A stretch of 64,000 nt of DNA from the NCBI GenBank assembly GCA_036726225.1, contig DAIMCS010000001.1:5776-69775 (forward strand), in the 5' to 3' direction. This document shows positions 34,934-42,381 of this stretch, one piece after another (the first letter of the stretch is position 1; each line of letters starts with the position of its first letter). The position numbers and the translations under genes are program-made. The notes below the pieces were generated by a model. That model was not told the DNA's origin. It searched no databases and saw nothing but the letters and a program-made list of their open reading frames with translations. Origin of the DNA: Patescibacteria group bacterium (GTDB lineage Bacteria; Patescibacteriota; Doudnabacteria; UBA920).

Positions 34934-35221
34934 ATGAGAGAAGATATTGCCAAAAAAATACATTGGACGTGGATTATTTGGGTTGTGAGCATAGTTAACC
35001 CTTTAATGATTATCCCCCAGCTCTGGCAGGTTTGGCATACGGGCGAAACAGCGGGACTGTCTTTAATTTTTCTTGCCATCCTGCTTTTTATTCAAAGCGG
35101 TTTTTCCTTGCACGGATTTTTTACGCGGGACAGGTTTATTATGGGCAGCAACGGGCTGGCCGCAACAATGACGTTAATAACTATTCTCTCTACGGTGTAT
35201 TTCCGTAATCTTGCCGGTTAA
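34934..35221 (+). CDS. SemiSWEET / PQ-loop family small transporter
   Basis: 95 aa, 3 TM, with PQ motif (NPLMIIPQLWQVW). Confidence 0.5.
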   Translation: MREDIAKKIHWTWIIWVVSIVNPLMIIPQLWQVWHTGETAGLSLIFLAILLFIQSGFSLHGFFTRDRFIMGSNGLAATMTLITILSTVYFRNLAG

Positions 35222-35309
35222 ACTATTTTGGAAAAACTATAGCAATGACCCATATACTGGATAAAAGATTAAAGTTCTGATAAAATAAAAGAAATTAACA
35301 AAAACACAA

Positions 35310-35783
35310 ATGAAAAAAATGTTAAAAGTTTCCTCCCTGCTGGCAATTGTTGCCGGCATTATTCTTGTTTCAGGCGGCATATGGGCCATAGTTTTTACCT
35401 GCAAAAACATTACGCAGGAAAAAATTATAACTCCGGCCGACGCCTCCATTGCGGGAAAACCGGTTAAAGGGCCCTTTACGCTCAAAGCGCAGGCAGATAT
35501 TATCCGCGAGCATACTTTAAAGTCAACCGGAGGCCTGACTTTCTCGGAAATGCCCAGACAGATTGAAAAGCTCGACCAAAACGGCAAGCCGGTCTTGGGT
35601 AAAGACGGCAAACCTGTTATGGTCGCAAACACCGCGCGCGACATTTGGATTACAGCAACAACTTTAACAACCGCCCTGAATTTGGCAATATTGACCTACT
35701 TATTTTCCGGCTTAATTGTGCTTTTAGGCTGCATCTCAATTTGGACCGGCATTGTCTTTCGCGCCCTTGCCCGAAAAAGTTAG
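35310..35783 (+). CDS. hypothetical protein with N- and C-terminal TM anchors
   Basis: Terminator 35804-35835 (AAAAAACAATGGG cgtaa CCCATTGTTTTTT). Confidence 0.45.
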   Translation: MKKMLKVSSLLAIVAGIILVSGGIWAIVFTCKNITQEKIITPADASIAGKPVKGPFTLKAQADIIREHTLKSTGGLTFSEMPRQIEKLDQNGKPVLGKDGKPVMVANTARDIWITATTLTTALNLAILTYLFSGLIVLLGCISIWTGIVFRALARKS

Positions 35784-35835
35784 CTATTATTAAATTGAAT
35801 ATACAAAAAACAATGGGCGTAACCCATTGTTTTTT

Positions 35836-35927
35836 TGTGTCATTCCGGTCCGCCTTAGGCGGATAATTTTATCCGGAATCTATTCATTGGCTAATTTCTG
35901 GATCCCGGATCGGTGTCCGGGATGACA
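35836..35927. mobile_element. MITE-like element with terminal inverted repeats TGTCATTCCGG … CCGGGATGACA and internal hairpins (TCCGCCttaGGCGGA; ATCCCGGAtcggtgTCCGGGAT)
   Basis: Direct reading. Related ends recur at 36383-36452, 36487-36520, 59095-59120 and 62316-62407. Confidence 0.5.
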
Positions 35928-35940
35928 TTTTTAGATTTGA

Positions 35941-36032
35941 TTCCTCCCCCTTGATGGGGGAGGTTAGGAGGGGGTGAAGGATAAAAAAACTTTATCACCC
36001 TCCCCTGCCGGCAGGCAGGCTCGGAATGACAT
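35941..36032. repeat. GGGAGGGG palindromic element copy E4 (right hairpin replaced by CCTGCCGGCAGGCAGG…CGGAATGACAT)
   Basis: Left arm TTCCTCCCCCttgatGGGGGAGGttaGGAGGGGGTGA and TCACCCTCCCC right half. Confidence 0.7.
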
Positions 36033-36049
36033 AAAGATAGGTAAATATT

Positions 36050-36373
36050 TTAATATATACGCTGTATGCCTGTAAAACTACTGTATACCAGTAAAATTAC
36101 TACCGCTAACGCAAGCCAACAAAGCGTATAAATAAACAATTTTATCGCATCGCTTTTTTGGTTCTCCAAAAACAGCATTACAGGTTTACCTACCACCAGT
36201 CCGCCGGTAATGGCTGCAGAAAGGACAAAAAGCGTTAAGAATGCTATTGGCGCCGTAATCTGATTCATGCCGTTGAAAATTCTTTCGCCATTTTGCATAA
36301 TGGTGACGACAATGGACACATAGGCAATTGTGCCAAGCGCGTTTAGCAAACTTCGTTGGATGAGATTGTTCAT
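36050..36373 (-). CDS. hypothetical membrane protein
   Basis: Start set at ATG 36373 (MNNLIQ…), just downstream of the MITE-like element 36383-36452. Confidence 0.4.
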   Translation of the reverse strand: MNNLIQRSLLNALGTIAYVSIVVTIMQNGERIFNGMNQITAPIAFLTLFVLSAAITGGLVVGKPVMLFLENQKSDAIKLFIYTLCWLALAVVILLVYSSFTGIQRIY

Positions 36374-36382
36374 ATGGTTTTC

Positions 36383-36452
36383 TGTGTCATTCCGAACTCG
36401 TTTCGGAATCCACAATCTTAGGATGGATCCTGAAATAAATTCAGGATGACAT
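36383..36452. mobile_element. MITE-like element (TGTGTCATTCCGAActcgtTTCGGAATC…CCTGAAataaaTTCAGGATGACAT)
   Basis: Terminal TGTCATTCC / GGATGACA inverted repeats and two internal hairpins. Confidence 0.5.
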
Positions 36453-36530
36453 CAAGTAAATTAATCTTTAAGAGATCCCTCCACTCCCCCTCGCTTCGCT
36501 CGGGGTCGGTCGGGATGACATAACAAAAAA

Positions 36531-37019
36531 TTACACCGTTAAATCGTTTTCGGATTTTATATCCACAGCACTTTGCAAAGTCCGTTGAAGGACCGCCGCC
36601 GCAGTGGCAATGACAATACAAATAAAGGTAGAGATCATTCCCAGCATTACAGCTCCCGCTGCATCCTCGTTGTTGCTGCGTGAGGCTATCATAAGGTAGG
36701 CATCTGCTCCCACTATAGCACCCGCTGTAATTAGCACGCTATATTTTATAGCCCGCAAAGCTTTTACACCTGCTTGAGAAAATATTTTATTTTCCCTGGC
36801 GTATCCGAGTAGCTTAAATGCCTTATAAAGCGCCACAAAAAATGGGACGGAACCTAAATACGCATAAGCTAGAAAAGGGTCGTCAAAATAAATATCCGAG
36901 AGTGTAGTAGCGTGCGCGTTCACGCCCTCAAGCCACGGCTCCCAAAGCATTAAAGTAATAAGGCCGAGACCAAAAATTACAATTATTACCTGAAGAAATA
37001 TTGTTAAGCTTTTTTTCAT
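36531..37019 (-). CDS. DUF2975-family membrane protein (paralog of 37455..37937)
   Basis: 4 TM; C-terminus …AAVLQRTLQSAVDIKSENDLTV is near-identical to its paralog. Classic pairing with a YozG-like XRE regulator. Confidence 0.6.
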   Translation of the reverse strand: MKKSLTIFLQVIIVIFGLGLITLMLWEPWLEGVNAHATTLSDIYFDDPFLAYAYLGSVPFFVALYKAFKLLGYARENKIFSQAGVKALRAIKYSVLITAGAIVGADAYLMIASRSNNEDAAGAVMLGMISTFICIVIATAAAVLQRTLQSAVDIKSENDLTV

Positions 37020-37037
37020 AGAATTTTTCCTTATTAC

Positions 37038-37131
37038 TCTCTCCAATGCTTGGAGAGATGTCGCCGAAGGCGACAGAGAGGTTAGTTCTTAGAATCAACC
37101 TCTCCCTAGCCCTCCCCAAGTCTTGGGGAGG
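37038..37131. repeat. array of four consecutive perfect hairpins in the XRE→DUF2975 intergenic spacer
   Basis: TCTCTCCAatgcTTGGAGAGA; TGTCGCCgaaGGCGACA; GAGAGGTTagttcttagaatcAACCTCTC; CCTCCCCAagtcTTGGGGAGG. Confidence 0.7.
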
Positions 37132-37147
37132 GAATTTAATTTGTAAA

Positions 37148-37345
37148 CTATTTGAATTCCAAAATATCCCCCGGCTGGCAATCTAAGGCTTTGCAGATTG
37201 CTTCTAAAGTAGAAAAACGAATTGCTCTGGCTTTTCCGTTTTTTAGTATTGAAATATTAGCCATAGTTATTCCGACCTTTTCCGTAAGCTCGGTAACACT
37301 CATCTTCTTTTTGGCTAACATTACGTCGATGTTGATTATAATCAT
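37148..37345 (-). CDS. XRE-family (Cro/C1, YozG-like) HTH transcriptional regulator
   Basis: 65 aa; MSVTELTEKVGITMANISILKNGKARAIRFSTLEAICKALDCQPGDILEF. Confidence 0.85.
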   Translation of the reverse strand: MIIINIDVMLAKKKMSVTELTEKVGITMANISILKNGKARAIRFSTLEAICKALDCQPGDILEFK

Positions 37346-37360
37346 AAATTTAACTTTTTA

Positions 37361-37433
37361 TTCCATCCCCGACCCCGATCGGGGATCCAACTAAATGCTT
37401 TAGAACTGGATTCCCGCCTCCGCGGGAATGGAA
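37361..37433. mobile_element. MITE-like hairpin element (CCCCGAtcGGGG core plus TTCCCGCctccGCGGGAATGG)
   Basis: Near-identical module TTCCCGCcttcGCGGGAATGG at 62553-62577 and a nested version at 62364-62404. Confidence 0.5.
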
Positions 37434-37454
37434 AAATTATTTTTAAAATACCCC

Positions 37455-37937
37455 TTAAACTGTTAAGTCGTTTTCCGATTTTATATTAATTGCACTCTGG
37501 AGCACTTTTTGCAGCACAGCCGCAAAGGTAGCAATGACCAAAGGAGCGCAGGCAAAGGCTAAAGCAATTACTCCGGCGCCCGGCGCATCGTCCAGCTCTG
37601 CTAATTGAAATAAGAATGGTATACCTGTGGCATACAAAATGCTAATTGCTATTGCCGAATATTTTATAGACTTTAAAGCACTAACCGAAGCCTGTGAGAA
37701 TGCCGTATCCTTGTCTATATAATTTAAAAGTTTGAAGGCCTGGTATAACGCATTGAAAAAAGGAATTATGGAAAGATACAAACCGGCCATAAACAACCGC
37801 AGGAAAGTGATTGTGCTGGGAAATTCTTCTGAGCCCCCGCTGTAAATGGAAGGTAGCGCAAAAATACCTACGGCCAGAGCTATAATTCCCATAAGTACTA
37901 AAACTGCGCGCAAGAACCAGGTTGATCCTTTTTTCAT
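37455..37937 (-). CDS. DUF2975-family membrane protein
   Basis: Paralog of 36531..37019; 4 TM. Confidence 0.6.
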   Translation of the reverse strand: MKKGSTWFLRAVLVLMGIIALAVGIFALPSIYSGGSEEFPSTITFLRLFMAGLYLSIIPFFNALYQAFKLLNYIDKDTAFSQASVSALKSIKYSAIAISILYATGIPFLFQLAELDDAPGAGVIALAFACAPLVIATFAAVLQKVLQSAINIKSENDLTV

Positions 37938-38052
37938 AAATAGCTTACTTATTTGTTGATATTTATATAGTATACCCTTATTTATTGTTTGTCAATATAT
38001 ATTTATTGTTGCTTATACACATATACCTAATTTTGTATTAAAAAATGATATA

Positions 38053-38439
38053 ATGCTGATACAATTAATCTATAAGAGTATGAATAAACAATTACTTAAA
38101 GACACTTTAGGCTGGGGAGTTATTTTGTGGCTAATTGGCTATGTCCTTGGCATAATCCTATTTAAAGTAGTCTCGCCTTCTGCAATTGGCTGGATTATTA
38201 CACCAATCGGCATTGTAGTCACGCTCTGGGTTTTACTTAAAAAAATTACGCCTGAATTTTTTAGCTACTATGTAAAAATTGGACTTGCGTGGACATTAAT
38301 TGCCGTAGTGTTTGATTATTTGTTTATTGTAAAAACTTTCGGGGCAGAAGAATATTACAAACCCGATGTTTACCTGTATTACGCCCTGACTTTTATCCTC
38401 CCTGTGTTTGTAGGCGCATACAAAAATAAACCCGTTTAA
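38053..38439 (+). CDS. hypothetical membrane protein (4 TM)
   Basis: Hydrophobic profile only. Confidence 0.45.
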   Translation: MLIQLIYKSMNKQLLKDTLGWGVILWLIGYVLGIILFKVVSPSAIGWIITPIGIVVTLWVLLKKITPEFFSYYVKIGLAWTLIAVVFDYLFIVKTFGAEEYYKPDVYLYYALTFILPVFVGAYKNKPV

Positions 38440-38502
38440 TAAAAGCCGTGTCTCTTCTTCCTCATTTAAAAAACCGCCCCAAGATTTGGAGCGGCTTTTA
38501 AA

Positions 38503-39315
38503 TTAATACAGTTTATTTATTCCCGCAATGTCACCGGTGTTCAAATCGCGCTTTTTAGTCTCGCCTTCCGTGCCATAGCCGTACATAGTTTCTTCTATGC
38601 ACTCGGACTGGTAAAGGTCGCCCATTCCCACGCTGTGGCCAAGCTCATGCGTGGCAATGCTTTCAAAATCCATAAGCGCGGGATTTATTGCCGCATCGCC
38701 CCAGGTGTACAAGGTATTGTAGACCTGGTCCCATTCACGAAGCTCCCTGCCCTGTGGCGGCCCGCCAAAAATTCCCCACACAATAGTCACGCCAATTGTC
38801 CCCGCTTCCAATTCACCGAAATAAACTTCATTTACATTGTCCATAGAAACCGTGTCGGCGACCAAAGTTTGGGTTGTGGTTGAGCCGCTGCCTAAAATGT
38901 TTGCCTGCGCCGCGCTTTCCCACTTGCCAATACCCGAACTTAAGGTAGATAACACCGAAGTGGCGGTTATGCCGTAAGAATTGGAAGCGTTAACTACCCA
39001 GGACTCTACGGATTTCCACTTCGCGTCCTTAGCCAAAAAACCGTAGCACGCGGTTGTCCCCTTGCCTCCGGCCCAGTCCGGTTTAGCAAATTGTTTTTTT
39101 GGATGCACTATAGCGTAGCCTTCTACCAAATCCCCTCTTAAGGGGTCTACCGAAACCCCAAGGCTAAAAATATGCGGCGAAATTTGCGTGGCCTCTTTAG
39201 GAATTAAAAGCGGCCTACCCGAACCGGACAATGCCGGAGCCTGCGCCTGGGCAACCCCGGCAAAAACCAACACTGCCGCAAGCGCTGCGCCGAATTGTTG
39301 TATTTGTTTCTTCAT
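38503..39315 (-). CDS. secreted zinc metalloprotease (metzincin-like, HExxHxxGxxD)
   Basis: Signal peptide; HELGHSVGMGD motif. Confidence 0.7.
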   Translation of the reverse strand: MKKQIQQFGAALAAVLVFAGVAQAQAPALSGSGRPLLIPKEATQISPHIFSLGVSVDPLRGDLVEGYAIVHPKKQFAKPDWAGGKGTTACYGFLAKDAKWKSVESWVVNASNSYGITATSVLSTLSSGIGKWESAAQANILGSGSTTTQTLVADTVSMDNVNEVYFGELEAGTIGVTIVWGIFGGPPQGRELREWDQVYNTLYTWGDAAINPALMDFESIATHELGHSVGMGDLYQSECIEETMYGYGTEGETKKRDLNTGDIAGINKLY

Positions 39316-39500
39316 ATGCTTAATTTTTTAATTGTTAATACTTTCCCTGTAATAGTACCAAACCGGGCGCACAAAAACAAATAAAACAACCCCCTGCTTA
39401 TTTTTTGCTATAATATAAGAGAAATGGATACCGTTAGAAACTAAAAATTAAATTTCTAGAGTAAGGACGTTGGCAAAAACTCATCTGCTAAATAATTTTT

Positions 39501-39797
39501 ATGATAAATAACGAATCAATTTTTTATTTCATATTAGTTGCGGTCAATGTGGTAGCTTTTGTTTTGGTCGGCGTTGATAAAAAACGCAGCGCTTACGATG
39601 AACGCCGCGTACCCGAAGTCTATCTTTTTTTTATTGCCATATTTTTTTCATCTTTAGGCGTTCTTGTTGGTATGTATTACTTCCGCCATAAAACAAGGAA
39701 AATATATTTTCCTGTGGGCCTAGGCCTGCTTATGATTGAACAAGGATTGCTTATAACTTTCCTTTTGCAAAGGCTTTTAGCAACGAACAATTATTAG
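39501..39797 (+). CDS. DUF1294-family membrane protein
   Basis: VGVDKKRSAYDERRVPE… plus 2 TM, typical of DUF1294. Confidence 0.55.
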   Translation: MINNESIFYFILVAVNVVAFVLVGVDKKRSAYDERRVPEVYLFFIAIFFSSLGVLVGMYYFRHKTRKIYFPVGLGLLMIEQGLLITFLLQRLLATNNY

Positions 39798-39830
39798 TTT
39801 TAAGCGTTATTTTTAATTAAAGGGAAGTTT

Positions 39831-40247
39831 ATGTCAAATACAATTACAGTCCAAACCACAATTAATGCCCCAATGGAAAAAGTTTGGGAATGTTGGATTA
39901 GCCCGAAACACATTACCCAATGGGCTTTTGCGCAGGACGATTGGGAAGCTCCGGCGGCAGAAAATGATGTTCGCGAGGGCGGAAAATTTAACACCCGGAT
40001 GCAGGCAAAAAATGACAAAACCCAGGGTTTTGATTTTGCCGGAACTTACACCGCCGTAACAGAACATAAGCTTATTGAATACGACATGGACGACGGCAGG
40101 CATGTAAAAATTGAATTTTCTCAGCTGCCTGACGGCGTAAAAATTGTTCAAACTTTCGATCCGGAAAACGAAAACCCGGAAGAAATGCAGCGGCAAGGCT
40201 GGCAAAGTATTTTAGATAACTTTAAAAAACATGCCGAAAACGACTAA
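39831..40247 (+). CDS. SRPBCC-superfamily protein (AHSA1/Aha1-like)
   Basis: 138 aa; pattern of the activator-of-Hsp90-ATPase-homolog / polyketide-cyclase fold. Confidence 0.65.
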   Translation: MSNTITVQTTINAPMEKVWECWISPKHITQWAFAQDDWEAPAAENDVREGGKFNTRMQAKNDKTQGFDFAGTYTAVTEHKLIEYDMDDGRHVKIEFSQLPDGVKIVQTFDPENENPEEMQRQGWQSILDNFKKHAEND

Positions 40248-40458
40248 AAAAAGCGGAAAGCACATTCACTACCACAAAGACGGTTCAGTATGGGCCAAAG
40301 GAGAATTTCAAAAAGGCAAAATGCACGGCAAGTGGGTTTGGTTTAGGAAAGACGGAAGTAAAATGAGATCGGGATATTTTAAAGCAGGCAAGCAAACCGG
40401 AGAATGGGTTACTTACAATAAAACTGGTGGGATAGTTAAAAAAACATTAATGAAATAA
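40231..40458 (+). CDS. YwqK/MORN-variant repeat protein
   Basis: G.W..Y..NG… repeats (GKWVWFRKDGSKMRSGYFKAGKQTGEWVTYNKTG). Confidence 0.5.
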   Translation: MPKTTKKSGKHIHYHKDGSVWAKGEFQKGKMHGKWVWFRKDGSKMRSGYFKAGKQTGEWVTYNKTGGIVKKTLMK

Positions 40459-40462
40459 TAAT

Positions 40463-40888
40463 ATGAATAAGAATATGCCCGCCAAAGGCGGGTCCGCCTC
40501 TGGCGGAAAAGGTACATACGTTGACGGGTTTTTACTCGTTGTTCCAAAAAACAAAATAGCTGAATACAAAAAAATGGCTGCGTGGGGCAAAAAAACCTGG
40601 ATGAAATACGGCGCGCTGGACTACAAAGAATGCCGGGGAGATGACTTGCATCCCAAAGGCACTCCGGGAATGAAACCCCGCTCTTTTAAAGACGCGGCCA
40701 AAGCCAAAGGCAGTGAGACCGTGTGGTTTTCATTCATAGTTTTCAAGTCCAAAAAACACCGTGACGAAGTAAACAAAAAAGTTATGAGCGACCCGGCTAT
40801 GAACGACCCTAAATGGAAAGACAAACCCATGCCAATGGATATGAAACGGTTTGTCTACGGCGGATTTAAAGTTGAAATTGGTACTTAA
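40463..40888 (+). CDS. DUF1428-family protein with an N-terminal hairpin-encoded extension (…PAKGGSASGGKG-TYVDGF…)
   Basis: YVDGFLLVVPKNKIAEYKKMAAWGKKTWMKYGALDYKECRGDD matches DUF1428. Confidence 0.7.
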   Translation: MNKNMPAKGGSASGGKGTYVDGFLLVVPKNKIAEYKKMAAWGKKTWMKYGALDYKECRGDDLHPKGTPGMKPRSFKDAAKAKGSETVWFSFIVFKSKKHRDEVNKKVMSDPAMNDPKWKDKPMPMDMKRFVYGGFKVEIGT

Positions 40889-40906
40889 ATAATTAAATTA
40901 ACAAAT

Positions 40907-41503
40907 ATGGAAAATAATACTACGCCTCAAAAAGATGACCAACCCCGACGCCCGGAGGGGTCGGGGCCCCGACCGCAAGCGTCGGGGAAAATTACCCCGT
41001 GTTTATGGTTTGAAAAAGACTGCGAAGAAGGCGTTAACTTTTATGTCTCAGTCTTTAATAGCGCGCCTAAAAGCAACGGCAATTCTAAAGTAGTGAGCCT
41101 TCACAAATATCCTGACAACATTGAAAACCCACCCTGGCCCAAAGAAGTCAACGGCAAGGTCATTACCGCAATTTTTGAGCTGGAAGGACAGAAGTTTATG
41201 GCTTTGGATGGCGGGCCCGGCGTTTTTCCAAAAAGCGGGCAAGTCTCGCTACTAATTGATTGCGAAACCCAAGAAGAAGTTGACCACTTTTGGAACAAAC
41301 TCACAGAAGGCGGCGACATTAAAGCCCAGCAATGCGGCTGGCTCGCGGATAAATATGGTTTTGCCTGGCAGGTAAACCCTAAGCGGTTGGGTGAACTTTT
41401 AAGCGATCCGAACAAAGAAAAATCCGGACGGGTTATGCAGGCTATGCTTAAGATGAAAAAAATAATAATTGCGGACCTGGAAAAAGCGGCAAACAATAAT
41501 TAA
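40907..41503 (+). CDS. VOC-family protein (PhnB-like / 3-demethylubiquinone-9 3-methyltransferase domain)
   Basis: ITPCLWFEKDCEEGVNFYVSVF signature; low-complexity N-terminal extension. Confidence 0.7.
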   Translation: MENNTTPQKDDQPRRPEGSGPRPQASGKITPCLWFEKDCEEGVNFYVSVFNSAPKSNGNSKVVSLHKYPDNIENPPWPKEVNGKVITAIFELEGQKFMALDGGPGVFPKSGQVSLLIDCETQEEVDHFWNKLTEGGDIKAQQCGWLADKYGFAWQVNPKRLGELLSDPNKEKSGRVMQAMLKMKKIIIADLEKAANNN

Positions 41504-41753
41504 TTTATAGCTGCCGTCCCGGAATTTTTGCGCCAGATGATCATCTTAGGCAAAAAATATCCGGGACCCAGATCCTGGATTCCCTGCCTGCGGCAGAAAA
41601 AACAATGACAACAATCAAAGGGAAATTAACAACTTGCAGCCGGGGGCATAAATTTTATAAAAGCAGCGCAAGGCCTGTATGTCCTATCTGCTGGCCGGGT
41701 CGGTATAAAAAAGTTAAAAGCTTATAGTCTAAAAATTAATTGAAAGGAAATAT

Positions 41754-42140
41754 ATGAACCCAGTAGTTCACTTTGAAATGCCTGCAGAAGACAACGCGCG
41801 GGTAAAGAAATTTTACGAAGATGTATTTGGCTGGCAAATGACCCAAATGGGAGATGAAATGGGTAATTACCTTTTAGCCGGCACCACCCCAGTGGACGAA
41901 AACAGGATGCCATTAAATAAAGGGGCTATTAACGGCGGCTTCTATAAAAAAGGCAGGGATGGAACAATTCCGCATGTGGTAATTTCCGTGGACAATCTAA
42001 GCGAATCCATGGAAGCGGTAAAAAAAGCGGGCGGCAATGTTCAGGGTGAACCTATGGACATACCCGGTATTGGCAAATTTATTATGTTTAAAGACACCGA
42101 GGACAACCGAGTCGGTATGCTCCAACCAAAAAGTATGTAA
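41754..42140 (+). CDS. VOC-family glyoxalase / bleomycin-resistance-fold protein
   Basis: MNPVVHFEMPAEDNARVKKFYEDVFGW… typical VOC N-terminus. Confidence 0.7.
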   Translation: MNPVVHFEMPAEDNARVKKFYEDVFGWQMTQMGDEMGNYLLAGTTPVDENRMPLNKGAINGGFYKKGRDGTIPHVVISVDNLSESMEAVKKAGGNVQGEPMDIPGIGKFIMFKDTEDNRVGMLQPKSM

Positions 42141-42171
42141 ATAATAAAAAGCAGCCCAACACTATATACCC

Positions 42172-42244
42172 CAAAATTTCCTAAAACCTACCCCCGACCT
42201 TAGAGGTCGGGGGTTTTTGTTTGCCTGAAATACTCTGGTATACT
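42172..42244 (+). repeat. 73-bp direct repeat copy 1 (terminator CCCCCGACCttagaGGTCGGGGG+T-run, plus TTGTTT-16-TATACT promoter-like module)
   Basis: Identical to 44546-44618; the two copies flank the LamG/Fn3 gene. Confidence 0.85.
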
Positions 42245-42381
42245 CAAAAATAAATAAAAAATAAAACTCAACTATTTATAACTAAAGTTATAGCTCTATA
42301 TTTAGAGGGCACACACTAGCTTTTTTTTAAGAATTTGTTATCATAGAATATTAGATTCATTAACTAATTAACTTGATACCT

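Noticed and set aside
19919-36032. GGGAGGGG repeats as a CRISPR array
   Set aside because: The copies are dispersed over 16 kb. They are internally palindromic composite elements rather than uniform direct repeats with unique spacers, and there are no cas genes.
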